Notes under the pieces: model-generated
Databases searched by the model: none
Seen by the model: only the letters and a program-made list of their open reading frames with translations
What the model was told of the DNA's origin: nothing
Shown: in pieces, positions 18,412-28,982 of the stretch
How positions within the stretch are numbered: the first letter of the stretch is position 1
Layout: the number at the start of each line of letters is the position of its first letter
Program-made: the position numbers and the translations under genes
Source: a virus
Lineage: Duplodnaviria; Caudoviricetes
DNA length: 59,543 nt
Direction: 5' to 3' (one strand)
Virus record (IMG/VR): IMGVR_UViG_3300036846_000476
Span: 1-59,543 of that record

Positions 18412-20886
18412 CTATGGTCCAGCCCCTTGCAAGGCTGTCGGACTTGTATATGACGGCCTCACCCCGGTTGGTGTTGCGCCAATCGGTGATTGTGGTGCAG
18501 CAGGTGCAGCAGGTACAGCAGCAGTATTTGTGGCTGGTGCCATACGCAGCTGCGATACTGTCCCCGCTGGAATGGTCGCCAATGGAATGTTCGGGCGGCT
18601 CGGATCGACGACTCGCATAGACCCATCAGACATCGGCTGGAGATTGTATCGGTTCGCGGTAATGCCACTTGCAACCTCTTTGGCCTGGGGCGTGAACATA
18701 CCCTGGCGACGAAGCGCACCGAACAACCCAGACTCTTGGGCCTGTTGTGGAGTTACCGGCAGCGGCTGACCCGCTATGTCAACCGTTGGATAATTTGTCG
18801 CCACGTCTTTAGCGACCTCATTTTCATGGGCCGCGAATGTGTCACGCTGTCTTGCTTGCGCATTAAACACGGCGCGGGCATTAGCGCTCTCCTGAGTGTT
18901 GGCATTAGTGGCTATGCGCGTATCAAGCTCAGCTTGCTTCAAATCCTGGCGCATTCCAGGCAGCGCATCGTAATAGCGGTCGAGCGTCGCCTTATGATTG
19001 ATGTCGGAAATCGCCTTCTGTTCCTCGAGGTTGGTTTTCAAAAACGTCTGTGGGTCCATCGTCTGGTTGAGCATCCCAGCGACACCTTGCGGTGTAATCT
19101 GAAACGGATTACCGATCGGTTGCCCGGTATCCTCGCTGTAGCGCTGACCGAAAATACCATTGCTAGTCGCCTGGAATGTCATCGTGCCGCCGTCTGGCAC
19201 GAAGCTGTAGGCCTTGGCCAGCATGTGTGCCGCGCCGTTGTTGTCACCAACCCTCAACATTCTATAAGCTTGCATTAGTGACTGGTTGGCACCGACATGC
19301 GACATCTGAAAGACGAACTCGGCGGCGCGCTGCGCCCCGACCATGTCACCCTTAGCAACGAACGCACCGACAATCTTCGCCTGGGCCGCCCGCCACTGGT
19401 CGCTCATGTTCATGCCGGCAGGCATACTATGCGTCATGTAGGTCATGAAACCCTGCGGCCCGCCCTGTAGCCCAGCCTGCACCAGTTTCAAGGGCGACAC
19501 TGCACCCGAACTGGTAAGCTTGGGCTGACCTTGATCGGTCGCAGTTGCCGGCGAGATCGGAGCTTGAGTACCGGCACCAGGTTGCGCACCACCTTGCGTG
19601 GTAGGCTGGCCTGGTGCAGCCGCTGCTTGAGTAGGCGCAGTACCACCAGCGGGTGCAGCTGGTGCTGCTGGTGCTGGTGCCGGTCCAGGTGGTGCAGCTG
19701 GTGGTGCATTAGGAGGAACATTAGCTTGTGCAGGCGGGATCGCTGCGGTTGCAGAGGGTCCCTCTGCTGTATCTTCGGCAGGCGCAGCAGAAACTCCCTC
19801 ACCACCAAGCGCAGACGCCCGGCCAGTCTGAAAGTCTTTCAAAAAATCAAATCCGTCAGCACCGTGTTCCTTTTGCTCCTCAGGCGACATCCGCGACAAC
19901 GAATTGACCTTATCGCCACCTATACGGTTCGCCATGATCGCCGACGGTGTGCGTGCACCAAACTGGTCCGACAGGTTCTTATACTTCATCGCGCCCAGCA
20001 TCAGGTTGGTAACCGGGTCTTGCAGGTCACTACTAAAGTGATGCTCGGGGTCGAGCTGCTCGGCTTCGGCTTTGGTAATACCCGTCAAACCAATTCGGCC
20101 GTCCTGGTCGAAGGCCGGATCGTTCTTGCTTTGCGCGTAAATCAGGTTCGCCAGATCGAACGGTGAGATATCCACCGCCGCCGCAACCTTGGTAACCTCG
20201 TCGTAAAGACCAGGGTCTTGTTTTTGTAATGCAACGTACCGCATCGGCGAGAGTTCGATCTTGCGCGTCACCGCGGGATGTTCGGTATCGTCACCCAAGG
20301 CCGCGACCGGTTGACCGCGCGCACCCTTGATGTTGTCGAGGACGTTGACGTTCTCGGAACTCTGAATTTGCTTGGGTATTGGTGTAACGCCCTGCTCGGC
20401 AGTGCTGGGAAGGTCACCGGTCGGGAGCGCCGCCTGTGGGAGCGCAGGCGCTGCCGGGATTGGCGGAATGACCTCGGCGGTGCTCGGAAGATCACCGGTC
20501 GGCGAAGGCGCCGCAGGGGGTGCAGCGTAGGACCCGGTCGGTTGAGTACCAGCCGCCGGCGGTAACGTAGGATCGCCCGAGGCAGTACCTCCCGTCTGAC
20601 CTTGTTGGTAAAGCTGGTTGGCCTGAGCTACCTGCTCCGGCGTCATCATCGGATCGCCAGTGTAGCCCAACGATCCCGACGGAAGCGGTATCCCGCCGGC
20701 GGTTGGGATTGGGATGGCGCGTGGCGGCCCGACGCCAACGACGAAATTACCGCCAGAGGGTGGCTCCGGCGCGTCTATTGCACCGGGAACACCACCGGCT
20801 TGCGCCGCCGCAACCGAGGGCGCGGCAGGAGGTGGGTTGGCGTACTGGTCCAGACCAGTATCGTCATCTAAAGCGGTGCGTGCCAT
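18412..20886 (-). CDS. Internal virion protein with SLT-like transglycosylase fold
   Basis: LIYAQS...GLTGI...DPVTNLMLGAMKYKNL resembles SLT motifs I-III. Confidence 0.65.
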   Translation of the reverse strand: MARTALDDDTGLDQYANPPPAAPSVAAAQAGGVPGAIDAPEPPSGGNFVVGVGPPRAIPIPTAGGIPLPSGSLGYTGDPMMTPEQVAQANQLYQQGQTGGTASGDPTLPPAAGTQPTGSYAAPPAAPSPTGDLPSTAEVIPPIPAAPALPQAALPTGDLPSTAEQGVTPIPKQIQSSENVNVLDNIKGARGQPVAALGDDTEHPAVTRKIELSPMRYVALQKQDPGLYDEVTKVAAAVDISPFDLANLIYAQSKNDPAFDQDGRIGLTGITKAEAEQLDPEHHFSSDLQDPVTNLMLGAMKYKNLSDQFGARTPSAIMANRIGGDKVNSLSRMSPEEQKEHGADGFDFLKDFQTGRASALGGEGVSAAPAEDTAEGPSATAAIPPAQANVPPNAPPAAPPGPAPAPAAPAAPAGGTAPTQAAAAPGQPTTQGGAQPGAGTQAPISPATATDQGQPKLTSSGAVSPLKLVQAGLQGGPQGFMTYMTHSMPAGMNMSDQWRAAQAKIVGAFVAKGDMVGAQRAAEFVFQMSHVGANQSLMQAYRMLRVGDNNGAAHMLAKAYSFVPDGGTMTFQATSNGIFGQRYSEDTGQPIGNPFQITPQGVAGMLNQTMDPQTFLKTNLEEQKAISDINHKATLDRYYDALPGMRQDLKQAELDTRIATNANTQESANARAVFNAQARQRDTFAAHENEVAKDVATNYPTVDIAGQPLPVTPQQAQESGLFGALRRQGMFTPQAKEVASGITANRYNLQPMSDGSMRVVDPSRPNIPLATIPAGTVSQLRMAPATNTAAVPAAPAAPQSPIGATPTGVRPSYTSPTALQGAGP

Positions 20887-20888
20887 GT

Positions 20889-20904
20889 TTAGTACCGGTA
20901 CTAA
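20889..20904. repeat. Motif A (exact); supplies the stop codon of 20901..22064 and abuts the next ATG
   Basis: Read directly. Confidence 0.97.
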
Positions 20905-22064
20905 TCCTCAGTGGTAGTGCCGTCGTCGACGGCAGCATCAGGATCTTCAACTTGTGACGGACCGGGCAACGCTGTTTGTTGAGGTGCTCCACCACCGACC
21001 AACGGACCATTCGGGGCAGGAGGACTGCCGGCTCGCGTTTGCGGCAGCCATGTTTCAATCGGCAATTGGCCGCCCGCACCCTGGTAAACCTCAAAACTAT
21101 GACGTTCAGCCGGGCTTGGCGAGGCGGCGCCTGCGAGAACGCTTTGGGCATACGGTGTAGGGCGGCTCACCTGACGCCCTCTAGGCACCCTGTACCCTGG
21201 ATCACCCGGACCCAAGTTAGGCGTAGGATTGGGAATAGCCTGACCACTACCCTGCACACCCGGAGTAGATGTTCCCATCGGCGTGTAAGGCCCACCACCA
21301 CCTAGCGCGCCACCAGCAGCCAGCGTTGGTGCTGTTGCCGTTGATGGTGTTGGTACCGTTCCTTGTGACGCTGCCGGCAAATACGCGGCGCGGAACTGGC
21401 GCATATAGGACTGGTTGTTGTTAAGTCCGTTCCAAGCCTGCGGCCCCTGCTTCTGATGAATTAAATCAGCCATCTGCGCCTGTACACCAGGCGTAAACTT
21501 TGTGGTGTTTGGATCGAGCCCCAGCGCCTTAGAGGTCCAGAACAAATTCGACCGGTTGATCTGAAACCCACCAAAATCCGGACCCGGCAATTTAGCAATG
21601 TTGGAAATCGTCGTGTTCACGAGATCGTTCTTAGTCTGACCAGGCTTCTCACCCGCCATAACGTTGTAATCGATCCCGTTCGGACCCCAGGTACCCTCGG
21701 ACTTTGATATGATGCTTTGCTGCAAATCGTTCAGGCTCCCATAACCTCCGCCCCTAACAGCACCACCGGGAGTCATAATTTGATCACCACCACCAAGATA
21801 ACCACCGCCATCAGACGGTGCACCACCTGAACCAGAACCATCAGGAGCAACACCGGATGACGGGTAACCCGTCACACCACCACTACCGTAGTCGCCAGTG
21901 CCACCACCACTACCGTAATCACCACTCAGTGCATTCGCTATATCCTTACCGCCCTCGCGCAATTGCCGCGACGTCTGCAGGTCGTCATAAGTCTTCACCA
22001 GCTCCTGCGCAGACTTGGCGCCGCTGAACAACCCTGTAACGAATGAACCGAGTGCGAACGCCAT
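20901..22064 (-). CDS. Internal virion protein with lambda-lysozyme-like domain
   Basis: ISKSEGT..YNV, GGFQI, FTPGVQ..MA motifs; location in ejection cluster. Confidence 0.65.
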   Translation of the reverse strand: MAFALGSFVTGLFSGAKSAQELVKTYDDLQTSRQLREGGKDIANALSGDYGSGGGTGDYGSGGVTGYPSSGVAPDGSGSGGAPSDGGGYLGGGDQIMTPGGAVRGGGYGSLNDLQQSIISKSEGTWGPNGIDYNVMAGEKPGQTKNDLVNTTISNIAKLPGPDFGGFQINRSNLFWTSKALGLDPNTTKFTPGVQAQMADLIHQKQGPQAWNGLNNNQSYMRQFRAAYLPAASQGTVPTPSTATAPTLAAGGALGGGGPYTPMGTSTPGVQGSGQAIPNPTPNLGPGDPGYRVPRGRQVSRPTPYAQSVLAGAASPSPAERHSFEVYQGAGGQLPIETWLPQTRAGSPPAPNGPLVGGGAPQQTALPGPSQVEDPDAAVDDGTTTED

Positions 22065-23137
22065 TATGCAAACGCCGTAGCAAGGCCGCCAATGCCACCA
22101 ACCAATTGACCGAGACCGCTAGCAAACTGGTTCTGCTGCGCCACCATCGCGTTGAAGTTTTGCATCTGCGCGCTAAAGCCGCTCGTCAACGCTCCGGCAC
22201 CGGCCTGAATTGCACCAGACTCGTTGCCAAGCGCGCTGGTGCCGCCACCAAACAGACTACCGGTCAAACTAGCACTGGTCCCAGCCAAGGTCGTGTACGG
22301 GTTGGCAAAGGCTCCGTAGGCAGTCGGTGAGCCCGTCGCAGCCGAACCAACCTGCAGGGCCTGGTTCGCAGCGCCGATACCGGCACCGCCGGCTGCTCCG
22401 CTGGTGATCCCAGACGACGAAGCTCCGGTGCCGGCCGCGATCTGCCCGAGCGCCACGGTGGGCAGCTTCTGACCCACCGCAATCGCCTGCTGCGTCAGAC
22501 CCGCGCCGGTCAGCTCCGATGCCCGCCGCGCCTGGGTGCCGGCCGCCGCCGACGCCGCCGCCTGCTGCGACCGCATGATTGCGTCCGCACCCTGGTAGCG
22601 AGCCTGCGAGGGATCGATGCCATAGGATCTAAGCTGATTACGTGCCGCATCGGCCTGCGCGCCAAAGCTGGTCGCCACGTCGGCCTGCGCCCCCGCCGAC
22701 GCCGCCGCCGCACGCACCGGGGTGTTGTAATTGGTCGCAAAACTAGCAAACGCGTTCTCGATCGGCGAGAACGTCGACATATAGCGGGCATAGGTATCCG
22801 CCGCTTGCTGCCGTTGCGTCTCGGCAACCTGCATCTGCTCAGTCGCGTTTTGACCGGCCAGCTTGCTCAACGCATCCTGAGACGAGAGGTAATCCTTGGC
22901 GTATGGCCAGACCGTGTTGAACTGATCCTGGCCAAATTTCTGGGCGTCCTGCGACATCTGAAAATACTGGTCGCCACGCGCCGCCGCTTGATCAGCATAC
23001 TTTTGCTGGGCAGCGAGCTGCTCCTGGCCAAGCTGGAACTGGAGATCGGCGGCATGGCTATCGGCAGCCGCAGTCTGCTGCGACGCCTGGACGAACGGCG
23101 TGTAGTCGGGGGGCGGCGGCGGGGATGCCTTACCCAT
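22064..23137 (-). CDS. Internal virion/DNA ejection protein (Ala/Gln/Gly-rich)
   Basis: MGK..PPPPDY N-terminus; follows the GNAT gene as in other podoviruses. Confidence 0.7.
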   Translation of the reverse strand: MGKASPPPPPDYTPFVQASQQTAAADSHAADLQFQLGQEQLAAQQKYADQAAARGDQYFQMSQDAQKFGQDQFNTVWPYAKDYLSSQDALSKLAGQNATEQMQVAETQRQQAADTYARYMSTFSPIENAFASFATNYNTPVRAAAASAGAQADVATSFGAQADAARNQLRSYGIDPSQARYQGADAIMRSQQAAASAAAGTQARRASELTGAGLTQQAIAVGQKLPTVALGQIAAGTGASSSGITSGAAGGAGIGAANQALQVGSAATGSPTAYGAFANPYTTLAGTSASLTGSLFGGGTSALGNESGAIQAGAGALTSGFSAQMQNFNAMVAQQNQFASGLGQLVGGIGGLATAFA

Positions 23138-23619
23138 CAGGCTACCTTTCCCGCTTCTATAGGACCTATAGTATTGCGGGTTTTGTTAGAGCGCCAGGTT
23201 TTTGGCTGGTAGTTCAACCAGGGGCACTGATCGCGGGTCATCGTCAGGACCATCAGGTGCACCCCAGGCGCGACCAGGTCCCTGATCACAGCCTCGAGGT
23301 GCCAGCCGCCGCGCAGGTCGGTGGCCAGGGCCAGGTGATTATCGGAACGCACCGGGCCCACCAGCTTATGACAGCCGCACTGGTTGAAGGCGTAGTCGAA
23401 GACCAGCCAGGCCAGCTCGCGCGAGAACCAGCGCGAGTCCTCGGCGCCCATATGGGCCGACCACGAGTTCCCCATGTAATCCGCCAGCACGATCCCACCC
23501 AGGATCGTGCCATCGTCACGATGCGATGAGAATGCATGATCACAGGCCGGATTAAAACAACCGCCGGCATGCTCCATGATCCAGTCACCGGCACCGGGCG
23601 CGTCAATCTGTACCTTCAT
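23137..23619 (-). CDS. GNAT-like acetyltransferase of podovirus tail module
   Basis: FDYAFNQCGC..LVG.V..DN..AL...RGGW..E pattern. Confidence 0.75.
   Translation of the reverse strand: MKVQIDAPGAGDWIMEHAGGCFNPACDHAFSSHRDDGTILGGIVLADYMGNSWSAHMGAEDSRWFSRELAWLVFDYAFNQCGCHKLVGPVRSDNHLALATDLRGGWHLEAVIRDLVAPGVHLMVLTMTRDQCPWLNYQPKTWRSNKTRNTIGPIEAGKVA
23158..23170. promoter_or_regulatory. Motif B TATAG-GAC-CTATA
   Basis: Perfect arms; just upstream of the start of 22064..23137. Confidence 0.7.
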
Positions 23620-24932
23620 GCAGCTTGCTCCAGTGCAACAACCCGGTCGCGCAGCTCGTGCACGGCGTTGACCAGCGCGTAAATAACATTACTGGACTCA
23701 AGCACCAGCAGCTCAGTTAGGTCCTCATCCTCAGGGTCTAAACGCTGCTGCGTAACCTTAACAAGCTCTGGCATCACAGGCAGCACCTCGTCGGCGACGA
23801 AACCAAGCTGCACACGGTCGTCTCGTGTTGTCTCGGCTCGCCCATTGTATTTAAAATTGACCGGGCGCAGCTGGCAGATCGCGTCAAGACCCCGCTTGTA
23901 GTCGACGACATCCTCCTTGATGCGAATGTCGGAAAGGGTCAGCCAAGCGCCGCTGACATTGCGCGTACCAGATGAGTCAAACATCGCATACTGGCTTGCG
24001 GCACCGACGGCGCCAAACCAGTGTATCGAATTCTCGTAAGTGATCTGGTTGGCGGCTGACCCCCAACAGATAATGGCAGGGCGGGCATCACCATCATAAA
24101 TGGTGACGGAGTTACTAACGTGAGCCATAGCCACCTGGCCGCCAATTTGATAAGTAGCGGCTGACGGGAGGTTGAGCCCGCCGGAGGTGAGCTGAGCATA
24201 AAGCGTGCTGTTGCCAACCGAATAAAACTCATGTGAGTTGCTCGAATAGATGTTCCGGTTTTGCGATGAGCCGCCAAGGAACAGAGCCTGCCGGGCGGAT
24301 GCGTCGTAAAAGTAAGTCCATGTCGCATCCCGGTAGATCACGGCGCTGCCGTTAATCAGATATTGCGCGCCTGTACCGAATGTAGTGTTGATGGCGCCGC
24401 CAGCGGTGATGACGCCGCTGGCACCGAAGGCCCCGGCAGAGCCGAAGGTGTACGCAGTAGCGTCGGTATTCCCGAGAGTCAGAAGCTTACCGGTACTGTA
24501 AAACGCCCAGCGCCAATTCGCGGTGGTCCGGTCGTACAGCACATAGGTAGCAGTCGAGCCTTCTGCCACGACAACGCCCACGGTACCGGGATCGGTCGCG
24601 GCGCTGCCACCCACCACCAGCCCGATCGGCATGGTGACAAAACCACCAGTGGTGATCCCTAGACGTACCACCCCGGCGGTATTGTCGATGATGTCGAAAA
24701 TGCCGGTCGCATCCTCGACCCCGATCCGCCACGGATGCGTGCCGTTGATCGTCAGCCACGTATCCGCTGCCGGCGCGCTGTGAAGTGTCAGCAGACCAGA
24801 TAGCGTACCACCGGTTAACGGAAGGAACGGTCCCCCTCCGAGAGGTACCCACTTCACACCATCCCACTTCCACTGCACTCCGACAGCCGAGAATATCTGG
24901 CCGATAGCAGGGCTATTTGGGAAGTCGATCAT
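23616..24932 (-). CDS. Tail fibre with C-terminal intramolecular chaperone (peptidase S74)
   Basis: MIDFP start; FLPLTGGTL; SDIRIKEDV...GFVADEV...LVNAVHEL. Confidence 0.85.
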   Translation of the reverse strand: MIDFPNSPAIGQIFSAVGVQWKWDGVKWVPLGGGPFLPLTGGTLSGLLTLHSAPAADTWLTINGTHPWRIGVEDATGIFDIIDNTAGVVRLGITTGGFVTMPIGLVVGGSAATDPGTVGVVVAEGSTATYVLYDRTTANWRWAFYSTGKLLTLGNTDATAYTFGSAGAFGASGVITAGGAINTTFGTGAQYLINGSAVIYRDATWTYFYDASARQALFLGGSSQNRNIYSSNSHEFYSVGNSTLYAQLTSGGLNLPSAATYQIGGQVAMAHVSNSVTIYDGDARPAIICWGSAANQITYENSIHWFGAVGAASQYAMFDSSGTRNVSGAWLTLSDIRIKEDVVDYKRGLDAICQLRPVNFKYNGRAETTRDDRVQLGFVADEVLPVMPELVKVTQQRLDPEDEDLTELLVLESSNVIYALVNAVHELRDRVVALEQAA

Positions 24933-26065
24933 CGCACGCGCCGCGCACAGAGCTTGCCGGAACAATTGCAGCCAGCGGCCCCACTATAGTAGCCCGTCAG
25001 ATAGATAGTTTGACTGCTGCCGGTGATGTTAAAGCGGGCCGGGGTGATCCCGAGACAATTAGCTGCCGTGGTTGCGCTCGGATACTGGATCGAAGTTTCC
25101 GAGATGTTGTCGCTGTTGGTAGCCGTGGGTGGTTGGCTATTGGAAATGTTGTTGGCAAACAGCGATCCCGTAGTGCCGCCCCAATTACCCTGGCCCCACA
25201 CGTCCCAATCCCCCGGTGACAACAGGATTGATGTAATAGTGACCCATGCCCCACTTGACATCGTTATGCCAGAGGTCATTACCGAAGAAATATATTCGCC
25301 AATCTGTCCAGCTGCCGCGTTGCTGCCATTGGTGACACCCGGCGGCAGCGTGTTTGGGCCTGCGGGTCCAGTCGCACCTGTTGCCCCCGTTGCACCAGTC
25401 GGTCCAACAGGACCGGCCATGTTGCTCGTCGGCACCCATTGCGAACTGTTACCGTCGTTGTAGTAAACGTATGTTTGCGCCGAGGTACTGTCGTACCAGA
25501 GCTGACCGACGGCGGGTGAAGGCGGTGCAGTGTCACTAACAATAACACTGGACCCACTAGTGCCTGGTGGACCAGCTGGTCCTGTTGCACCGGTCGGTCC
25601 AGCGGGGCCTATCGGTCCTGTCGCACCGGTCGATCCTGTCGCACCGGTAGAACCAGCGGGCCCTATAGGACCGGTCGCGCCTGTAGGACCTGCTGGACCT
25701 ATGGGACCGGTCGCACCGATTGGTCCCGCTGGTCCTATAGGCCCGGTCGGTCCTACAGGTCCGATCGGTCCCGCTGGACCGGTAATCGGACCAATCGAAC
25801 CATTGACGCTCTTCACCGCAGCCGGTGTTAAAATTTGGTAATCAACCAGATCCTTGAACGTCACTGCGCGGTTTGGCAGATCACCGCGCTGGCCGGTCAG
25901 GCTCTCGACGCAAGCCTTCAACGCGGTAATGCACGCCGCGAGGTTGGCCGGGTTCGTGGTCGGCTGCGGGATCGCCGGCGTGTAGACATTGGGGATCGGC
26001 GATCGGCTCTTCGTCAGCGCCTTCGAGACAACCGGATCAAAAGGCTGTCGAGGCTGGGCCGCCAT
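24929..26065 (-). CDS. Collagen-like tail fibre protein
   Basis: Long (GXY)n repeats; VSDTAP..GQLWYDS; [10 protein letters not shown] module. Confidence 0.85.
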   Translation of the reverse strand: MAAQPRQPFDPVVSKALTKSRSPIPNVYTPAIPQPTTNPANLAACITALKACVESLTGQRGDLPNRAVTFKDLVDYQILTPAAVKSVNGSIGPITGPAGPIGPVGPTGPIGPAGPIGATGPIGPAGPTGATGPIGPAGSTGATGSTGATGPIGPAGPTGATGPAGPPGTSGSSVIVSDTAPPSPAVGQLWYDSTSAQTYVYYNDGNSSQWVPTSNMAGPVGPTGATGATGATGPAGPNTLPPGVTNGSNAAAGQIGEYISSVMTSGITMSSGAWVTITSILLSPGDWDVWGQGNWGGTTGSLFANNISNSQPPTATNSDNISETSIQYPSATTAANCLGITPARFNITGSSQTIYLTGYYSGAAGCNCSGKLCARRVR

Positions 26066-27816
26066 TAGACGCCTCGCAGCTCGGACATCGTCGTCCCAAC
26101 CTGGATCGAATAGATCGATGCAGTCGAAACCACCTCAAGCTGGTGGTCGAACGCACGAAAACCAGCCGGCAACCGGAACAGCTCCTGCTGCGTCGTCAGG
26201 TTACGCGACATGATCAGCTCGAAGTCCGGCCCGGCGTAATAATTGAAAACCGCATTGACCCCAGCCGGTAGATTGAGGGACGTGTCGCCATTGTCGAGCG
26301 GCGGACTGATCTGCGCCGGGTCCTGCGCGTCTTCGACCTCCGCACCCAGAGTGATCTGCACGGCGCCGAGACTAATCGGCAGCGGCGCGAAGAACCGCTT
26401 CGAGCGCCAGCGGTAGGGCTGCCTCAATGCGGTCGGGCTATCCCATTTATAAATTTTCTTATCTGCCATCAAAAATGTCTCGCCCCAAACCTCGTCGTTC
26501 CAGATGCACACCACATCCTTGAACGTGCTGAGATCCTCGAACCCCAGGCGCTGCTCGGCGTAGTCGATGATGAACGCGCTGTCGGTCTGGTTGATGGCCA
26601 TGTACTGCGAGCGGTGCCGGCAGGCGATCAGGTTGTCGGCCTTATAACGATTAAGCCACTGCTCGCGGTCGACCATCAGCAAGGTCTGGTTCTGCATCCC
26701 ATAACCAGAAATTTGGATCAAACCATTCTGCGAGGCGTAGTAAACCGCCAACAGGTCAGTAACTACTGACCCACGCGACACGCAGGGCTCGGGCACGCGC
26801 GACTGGACCAACACGAAATTACTGGGGCTGTTGCCGGAACCGGTCGACGGGTAGCCCGCCGTCAGCACCATCAGAAATTGCTGCCACACCGCTAGCGTGA
26901 CAATGTCGTAATGCACCGACTGGTCGTAGACGCTCGGCCAGGTGTGCGGGCGGTCCGGTTCGCAAAAATGTATGGTGTTACCGGTGAACCCGATCAGCAT
27001 CCCACCGGGAAACGCGACAAGACCATCGAGGCCAACCGGCGGGTTGCCCCAGCCTAGGCTCTCGATGACGTGGTTGTTCACGGCAACATCGTCGGCGATG
27101 CTGTCGTTGTACGGGTCCAACACCCCGCCCGGATAATTGAACCGTCCAACCTCGTAGAACTGCGCACCGGTTTGCGTGCCAGTGATCGTGCGGTAGAGCA
27201 CCAGCTGGGTGATCGGCGGATAGTTGCGTCCGGATGGATTGGCCGGCACGCCGGTCGGTAATCCAGTAACAACCCAGGTCGCGTCGGGTGGGCCGTCCAT
27301 CGTTGCGGAAGGCGGCGAGGGTGCGCTCTCCTCACCAAACGAGTTGACCCAGGTGTAGACGTAGGACCGGGTTATCTCCGGAACGGTTGTATCACCACCA
27401 CTGACACTGGCGATCGCCGGTGCGGTGGTCGGCTGGATCGTACCGAGGTTGAAATCCGGCGTATCGGCACTGAGGCCGGCATAGGTGTTCCACCACGGTG
27501 TCGGGTCGCCGGGGTTGGTCCAGTACAACCGGTACTGATCGTCGTTCGTCAGAGGCGAGCGAACCGGTGAACTGTAGCGCGACGGCAGCGGCACCCAGAG
27601 CGCCGGGTTGGGCGACGGCCCAGGCAGGAGGTATGCCCGCTCCACCGTTTCCGGGTAGCTCGTGAAGTCGTACTCCAGCATCGGCGCCGGCAGTCCGATC
27701 AGCTGACCCGAGGTCAGGTCGACATTGATGCTTTCCTCGGCCATGTTGTCGCCAATCAGCCGAGAGTTGGTGCGGGGGATCATGCCCCCCATGCCTTTGA
27801 CTTCCCAGGCGACCAC
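26065..27816 (-). CDS. Tail tubular protein B / nozzle-like protein
   Basis: [35 protein letters not shown]; size and position. Confidence 0.75.
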   Translation of the reverse strand: MVAWEVKGMGGMIPRTNSRLIGDNMAEESINVDLTSGQLIGLPAPMLEYDFTSYPETVERAYLLPGPSPNPALWVPLPSRYSSPVRSPLTNDDQYRLYWTNPGDPTPWWNTYAGLSADTPDFNLGTIQPTTAPAIASVSGGDTTVPEITRSYVYTWVNSFGEESAPSPPSATMDGPPDATWVVTGLPTGVPANPSGRNYPPITQLVLYRTITGTQTGAQFYEVGRFNYPGGVLDPYNDSIADDVAVNNHVIESLGWGNPPVGLDGLVAFPGGMLIGFTGNTIHFCEPDRPHTWPSVYDQSVHYDIVTLAVWQQFLMVLTAGYPSTGSGNSPSNFVLVQSRVPEPCVSRGSVVTDLLAVYYASQNGLIQISGYGMQNQTLLMVDREQWLNRYKADNLIACRHRSQYMAINQTDSAFIIDYAEQRLGFEDLSTFKDVVCIWNDEVWGETFLMADKKIYKWDSPTALRQPYRWRSKRFFAPLPISLGAVQITLGAEVEDAQDPAQISPPLDNGDTSLNLPAGVNAVFNYYAGPDFELIMSRNLTTQQELFRLPAGFRAFDHQLEVVSTASIYSIQVGTTMSELRGV

Positions 27817-27819
27817 GGC

Positions 27820-27835
27820 TTAGTACCGGTACTAA
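27820..27835. repeat. Motif A (exact); supplies the stop of 27832..28011
   Basis: Read directly. Confidence 0.97.
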
Positions 27836-28011
27836 CCGCCGCGCTTGCCGCCGCGATAATTGCGCTGGCCCGGAGCGGCGCCCTTGCGACGCGCAATCTC
27901 GCCAATGACACCGCCAGGCACACCCTGCGCCTTGAGCTGGGCGGCACGACCACCCATGCCAAGCTTGTTGGACTTGCCCTTAAAGGTGCCGGTTTTCTTG
28001 GTGTCGGCCAT
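27832..28011 (-). CDS. Small Gly/Lys/Arg-rich basic protein (MADTKKTG...)
   Basis: GGAGG RBS and TGATG coupling. Confidence 0.65.
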   Translation of the reverse strand: MADTKKTGTFKGKSNKLGMGGRAAQLKAQGVPGGVIGEIARRKGAAPGQRNYRGGKRGG

Positions 28012-28214
28012 CAGCGCCTCCCACGCTTCTGTGATGCACGTCGCTGCGCCGCCGCTCCGGCGCCCGCAGCAGCACCCATCGCACGCTGGACCACCGGCAA
28101 CGGCGCCGAGACGATCGGTGGCGGCACAGGCGATGGGCTGATACGCGGTGTCGCCCGTCCGGTAACGGTGGGGCGCGGTGGCGCCGCACCACGATAGATC
28201 CGTGTCTTGGCCAT
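28011..28214 (-). CDS. Small Pro/Arg-rich basic protein (MAKTRIY...)
   Basis: GGAG RBS and TGATG coupling. Confidence 0.55.
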   Translation of the reverse strand: MAKTRIYRGAAPPRPTVTGRATPRISPSPVPPPIVSAPLPVVQRAMGAAAGAGAAAQRRASQKRGRR

Positions 28215-28438
28215 CAGAGGACACTCCCTGGCGAGTTGGTGCCGCGGCCGCCGCCGACGTTCTTCTTGGCCAGCGCCTTCTGCATCGAGATCGGCGGCCC
28301 GGGGTTGGTCGGGCCCGGGATCGGCTTCTGCGGGTAGGACGCGCCGGCGCAACCACCACTGTTGTTGACGGTGTTGCGCCCGGCCGCGCCCTTGATGTTG
28401 GTGTCGTTAGGACCGCTCTTCATGACGCCCCCTTTCAC
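28214..28438 (-). CDS. Small Gly/Pro-rich protein
   Basis: Coupled to neighbours. Confidence 0.5.
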   Translation of the reverse strand: MKGGVMKSGPNDTNIKGAAGRNTVNNSGGCAGASYPQKPIPGPTNPGPPISMQKALAKKNVGGGRGTNSPGSVL

Positions 28439-28757
28439 GGTGCTGCTGATGCTCCTGATGCGCAGCAGGAGCTTGCTGAGCAGGAGCGGGTTTTGGCTCT
28501 TCCGGCGGGAGCAAACTATTCAGCATCACCCCAACCGGGACCTGGTCCTTCTCGAGCTTGATCACCACGCCGCCATCTTCCGGGGAACGATAGGGGTCGG
28601 GGCGGTTCTTCTCGGGGTCTTCCTTGAGCCACGCCTCGTATTCGTCCCAATCCTTACTGTCAGCGGCACAGGCAATCCACTTGCCATCGCTGCGAATGAC
28701 ACCGGAGCGGGCCTGCCGATCGTAGCCATCGGAAGGAAGTTGGTACTTGCTGGCCAT
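28407..28757 (-). CDS. Tail fibre assembly-like protein
   Basis: VIRSDGKWI...DWDEYEAWL...P.P motif downstream of a fibre gene; AAGGAG RBS. Confidence 0.6.
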   Translation of the reverse strand: MASKYQLPSDGYDRQARSGVIRSDGKWIACAADSKDWDEYEAWLKEDPEKNRPDPYRSPEDGGVVIKLEKDQVPVGVMLNSLLPPEEPKPAPAQQAPAAHQEHQQHRERGRHEERS

Positions 28758-28787
28758 GTGAACTCCTTTCTTACAAGTCCTATAGTA

Positions 28788-28982
28788 TCACGCCACCGGC
28801 TTAAGCTGTGGCGGTTGATTGGTGGTGGTCTGTGCCGCCTGGGCCTGCTCGTGGATCTTCTGGATCAACGGTGCCACGACGCGAAAGCGCCCATCAGAAA
28901 TCACGTCGAGTACCAGGTTCCATTCCTGGGCTTGCAGGGTCACGGGTATCGGGGTCTCGGGTGCGATCGGGTCCATCATCAT
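28788..28982 (-). CDS. Small fibre-associated hypothetical protein
   Basis: ATGA overlap; GGAG RBS. Confidence 0.65.
   Translation of the reverse strand: MMMDPIAPETPIPVTLQAQEWNLVLDVISDGRFRVVAPLIQKIHEQAQAAQTTTNQPPQLKPVA

Noticed and set aside
19564-19580. TTGAGTACCGGCACCAG as a motif A copy
   Set aside because: Too many arm mismatches; plausible by chance
12000-20600. Many long plus-strand ORFs opposite the ejection genes (e.g. 16351..17670, 14803..15759)
   Set aside because: Arg/Gly-rich shadow frames typical of high-GC DNA, without RBS or recognisable motifs
25350-25790. Tandem DNA repeats with CCTATAGG segments resembling motif B
   Set aside because: Explained by collagen Gly-Pro-Ile/Gly-Ala-Thr codons
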